From Lobosporangium transversale (lineage: Eukaryota), in the NCBI RefSeq assembly GCF_002105155.1, contig NW_019029023.1, forward strand, positions 310,001 through 364,526: a stretch of DNA of 54,526 nt. Reading direction: 5' to 3'. A program made the position numbers and the translations under genes. Positions 51,653 to 54,526 of the stretch are shown here, piece after piece. The notes beneath the pieces are model-generated. The model had not been told where the DNA came from. It searched no databases and was given only the letters and a program-made list of their open reading frames with translations. Each line of letters begins with the position of its first letter. Within the stretch, counting starts at the first letter, position 1.

Positions 51653-54230
51653 TTAATTCTTCAGATTCGTACCGGCTGCTCCTCCTGAATATGCAGCTTC
51701 GATGTCGATTTTTATGACACGCTGTCTTACATGTTTTAAGCATACATATGGATTCTTGACGACCGTATCTTTGGTGGTAAGAAAGTTCTGAACTTTAAAA
51801 TCGCCATATACGTCTCCTGGCACCACAAAATAGAGGAAAATGGTATCATCACTTCCCTTCGACTCTGATCGGTCTCCCTTCGACTCTGATCGGTCTCCCT
51901 TCGACTCTGATCGGTCTCCCTTCGACTCTGATCGGTCTCCCTTCGACTCTGATCGGTCTCCCTTCGACTCTGATCGGTCTCCCTTCGACTCTGATCGGTC
52001 TCCCTTCAACTTTGATTGGTCTCCCTTCAAGCAGGGTCCAGTAATACATTCAATTATCTCCTTGAATGGTGCTTGCTTGATCGGATGCTTCTCTGATACT
52101 GTGACCTGAAATAGCTTGTTGGGTCCCAATGCAAAATCAATGCACGGAAATTTAGAATGTTCTGGTACAAACAACTTGCCAGCTGCTTGAGTGAGCCCTA
52201 ATAATTCATCTGAAGTCCGGATATGCACCACTTCTGGGTTTGCTGGAAAATCAAGAAATCCTGTTTCGCCTGACTGGAGATCCCTAAAGGGAAATCTAAT
52301 ATCACCACATCGAAATAAGTGATGAGCATAGACTTCAAACAGTGGGCCTTTAGCTATATCCTCTTCGCTTTTGACAAGTTTCGCCAACACATCGAGCCAA
52401 GTGTCATCTTTTATTTTGTCGACAACCCTTAATTCAACCCAACGAGATGCCCACACCAGATGGAAGTTGAGGTGGTCAGAAGTGGGGACTCTATGGAGTA
52501 AACGACCACTAAATTCACTCGCTTCTTTTCCTCGTGCAAAGAGCGCTACAAGATCTGCTGGGTTCCGGAGTTTTTTCAATGGCAGTTTCGACGCGGCTAA
52601 ACGCAGAGTCTCTAGCACCCTTAATATCTCCTTGATTCTTGAATAGTTCTTTGGCTGGAGCCTGTAGGACCTGTCTTGGCACTCCCCCAACTTGTAAAAA
52701 AGCTCCTCCAAAAATTCTTCATCCACTGGATGAAAAAACTTTACATTGGCTCTACATTCCTTAAGCTCGTCCAAACTCCAGAGTGACATGTGATAGTAGC
52801 TACTGCGTGAATTTTCCTTGGTGAATTCATCGTACTGCCCATAGAGAGTTTTTGGTGATGCCGCAAATATCGTCCTGGCTTGATCTGGTTGAGGATGGTT
52901 ACCACTGTCAACTAAATACCACGTTTCAGGTTGCTCAAGAAAATGTTTGAAATCTACTCTCTCTCCATAACGTTGGCAAGTTGTTCCTCCGTAGGCATAA
53001 CATTCGGTATTCTTCTTTTCATGGAAAACAATAATCGGTGGATTCTCCTCGTCATGCTCTGCAAGGAGGCGGATGGCAAAATAGACCAAAAAGGCTGACT
53101 TCCCAATTCCAGGCGTTCCAGTGACAAAGAGTCGGTTCAAACTAGCTCCATGAGGGGTACTGAATGTAGATGTAATATGGTCATAAAGCTTTTTATATTC
53201 ATCTCTGATATAAAGATGCCTTGTTCCGGCAACAGGGAAGATACAACCCTCAGGAGCAGTCAATAGTTTGGAATCCTTGATACCACCGGAATTTCGGAGC
53301 TCGCAAGCCACGCTAACAATGCTGTAGTAAATACTATCTCCTGATAACTCCTCCCCCATGTACGAAAGCACCTTGACCCTCTCTTTCGAGTTGAGAGGCG
53401 AGAGGACAGGCCTACCATTCACTATCCCTTTCGTTACAAGCCCCGCTTCTGTAATCGCATCCCTAAGAGTACCTCTGCTACTTATACTTGGACGAGCTTT
53501 TTTAGAGGGTGACTCTGATAAAGGAGATAGAGTGATCAAAGTCAATATTTTTGATTTATTGCACTGCACATCACTCTGAATTGATCAATAACCAGGTTCT
53601 CAGCCAAAAGCACTCACCAGCATCTCCATCTTGTTTTCTTTTCTGAGCTAAGTATCAAAGGCGAATAATTAGAAAGAACGTTGAGTTATCAAGACACAAA
53701 CCAAATGGTGATATTATGCACATGGCCGTTTAAGATATAAACCAAGCTTCATCAGCTGAAAATATCAACAATCAGTCCATCAAGAGCTAATACATACCTC
53801 GCTGCGGTGGCTTGACAAAAACATGGATCGTTTTCCTTGGAAGTTCAGAATTAAATATCTCCCAAAGCTCCATTGATGCGGGTACGAGAGCCTCTTTCGA
53901 CACAATTTCTGACTCAACGACGGTCTTGTCTTCGTCAGGAATAGAGACCCTGTAGAGGGTGAGCTGGTCAGCGTCAATATCCTTAAATGCATTTTTCTTC
54001 GCTGCTTGATGCTTGCTTGAGTTCATCGACTGAACAATGAAAGGAATTTTACAGAAAAAGAAGTTGCTTCTCCATCAACAATACAAAAAATCTTTAGCTC
54101 GGTTGGCTCGAGGATTTTAGGGTCATTGGTGCTTGAAGACTCTTCCTTCGCTTCCCCTTTTCTTTCTTCTTTCTTTCATACGGTTTAGTTCGAGGTGATA
54201 GGCATCTGGTGATGTTCTGTCGCTTCCCAT
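51653..54230 (-). CDS. CRN array gene copy 5, with a different leader and header; frameshifts in exon 1
   Basis: Body ORF 51653-53569. Header fragment ..KKNAFKDIDADQLTLYRVSIPD..TIHVFVKPPQR, upstream KIFCIVDGEATSF, putative ATG at 54230. Confidence 0.7.
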
Positions 54231-54526
54231 TGTGATTTTCAAAAACAAGGGCGTAAATGACGGAGGACAGAAAATAGGGAAAGGTTGATAAAAATGCTAA
54301 AGGATGATAATTCAGTAGCAGGATGGTTCAAAATTGTCTAGAGATGAAGTTGGAGGAGAAAAGGAAAAGAAAAAAAAAGAAAAAAAGAAAGGAAAGGAAA
54401 GGAAAGGAAAGGAAAGGAAGGCAATGAATGAAGGCTTGGAATAAATAAAAGAGCAAAATTGATGGGAGCAAAACTGGGGGGAAATAAGAAAAAATGAAAA
54501 GAGGATAAGGAAGAAAAGGAAGAGGA

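Larger units (their letters stand above)
28184..54526. repeat. Tandem array of five ~5.2-5.36 kb units starting at 28184, 33479, 38674, 44030 and 49361 (fifth unit diverges after ~53.3 kb)
   Basis: The same ORFs recur at offsets 5295, 5195, 5356 and 5331. The junction ..tttgttca|cgttctcttaaacc is repeated. Confidence 0.97.

Noticed and set aside
52571..52690. Compensating frameshift pair altering about 38 aa in CRN copy 5
   Set aside because: Both are homopolymer-length changes (C6 to C5, T5 to T6) in a unit with many 1-bp indels, so sequencing error is more likely than programmed variation.

Overview
Eukaryotic, intron-containing, AT/homopolymer-rich DNA. Gene content points to an early-diverging fungus, most like Mortierellaceae (inference). 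Left half (1-27.9 kb): a partial NDUFB7 (complex I B18) gene, two paralogous coiled-coil + 28-residue RNI-type LRR genes (one pseudogenised), two decayed Crinkler (CRN)-type NTPase/nuclease loci, remnants of Helitron, Ty3/Gypsy chromovirus and DIRS elements, and intact NOP7/pescadillo and MFS transporter genes. Right half (27.96 kb to the end): a head-to-tail array of five ~5.2-5.36 kb units. Each unit holds the right arm of a PIF/Harbinger-like element, an internally deleted long-TIR Tc1-like element, and a three-exon CRN gene (NLS + ubiquitin-like header + P-loop NTPase + PD-(D/E)XK-type nuclease). The dead transposon DNA and spacers are nearly identical between units. In contrast, the CRN ubiquitin-like header differs in every copy in a mosaic pattern, copy 2 has a divergent catalytic body, and an in-frame 21-bp VNTR varies inside the nuclease region. 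This looks like a modular, recombination-diversified nuclear effector/toxin array built within transposon ends. All calls were made by eye, without database searches.
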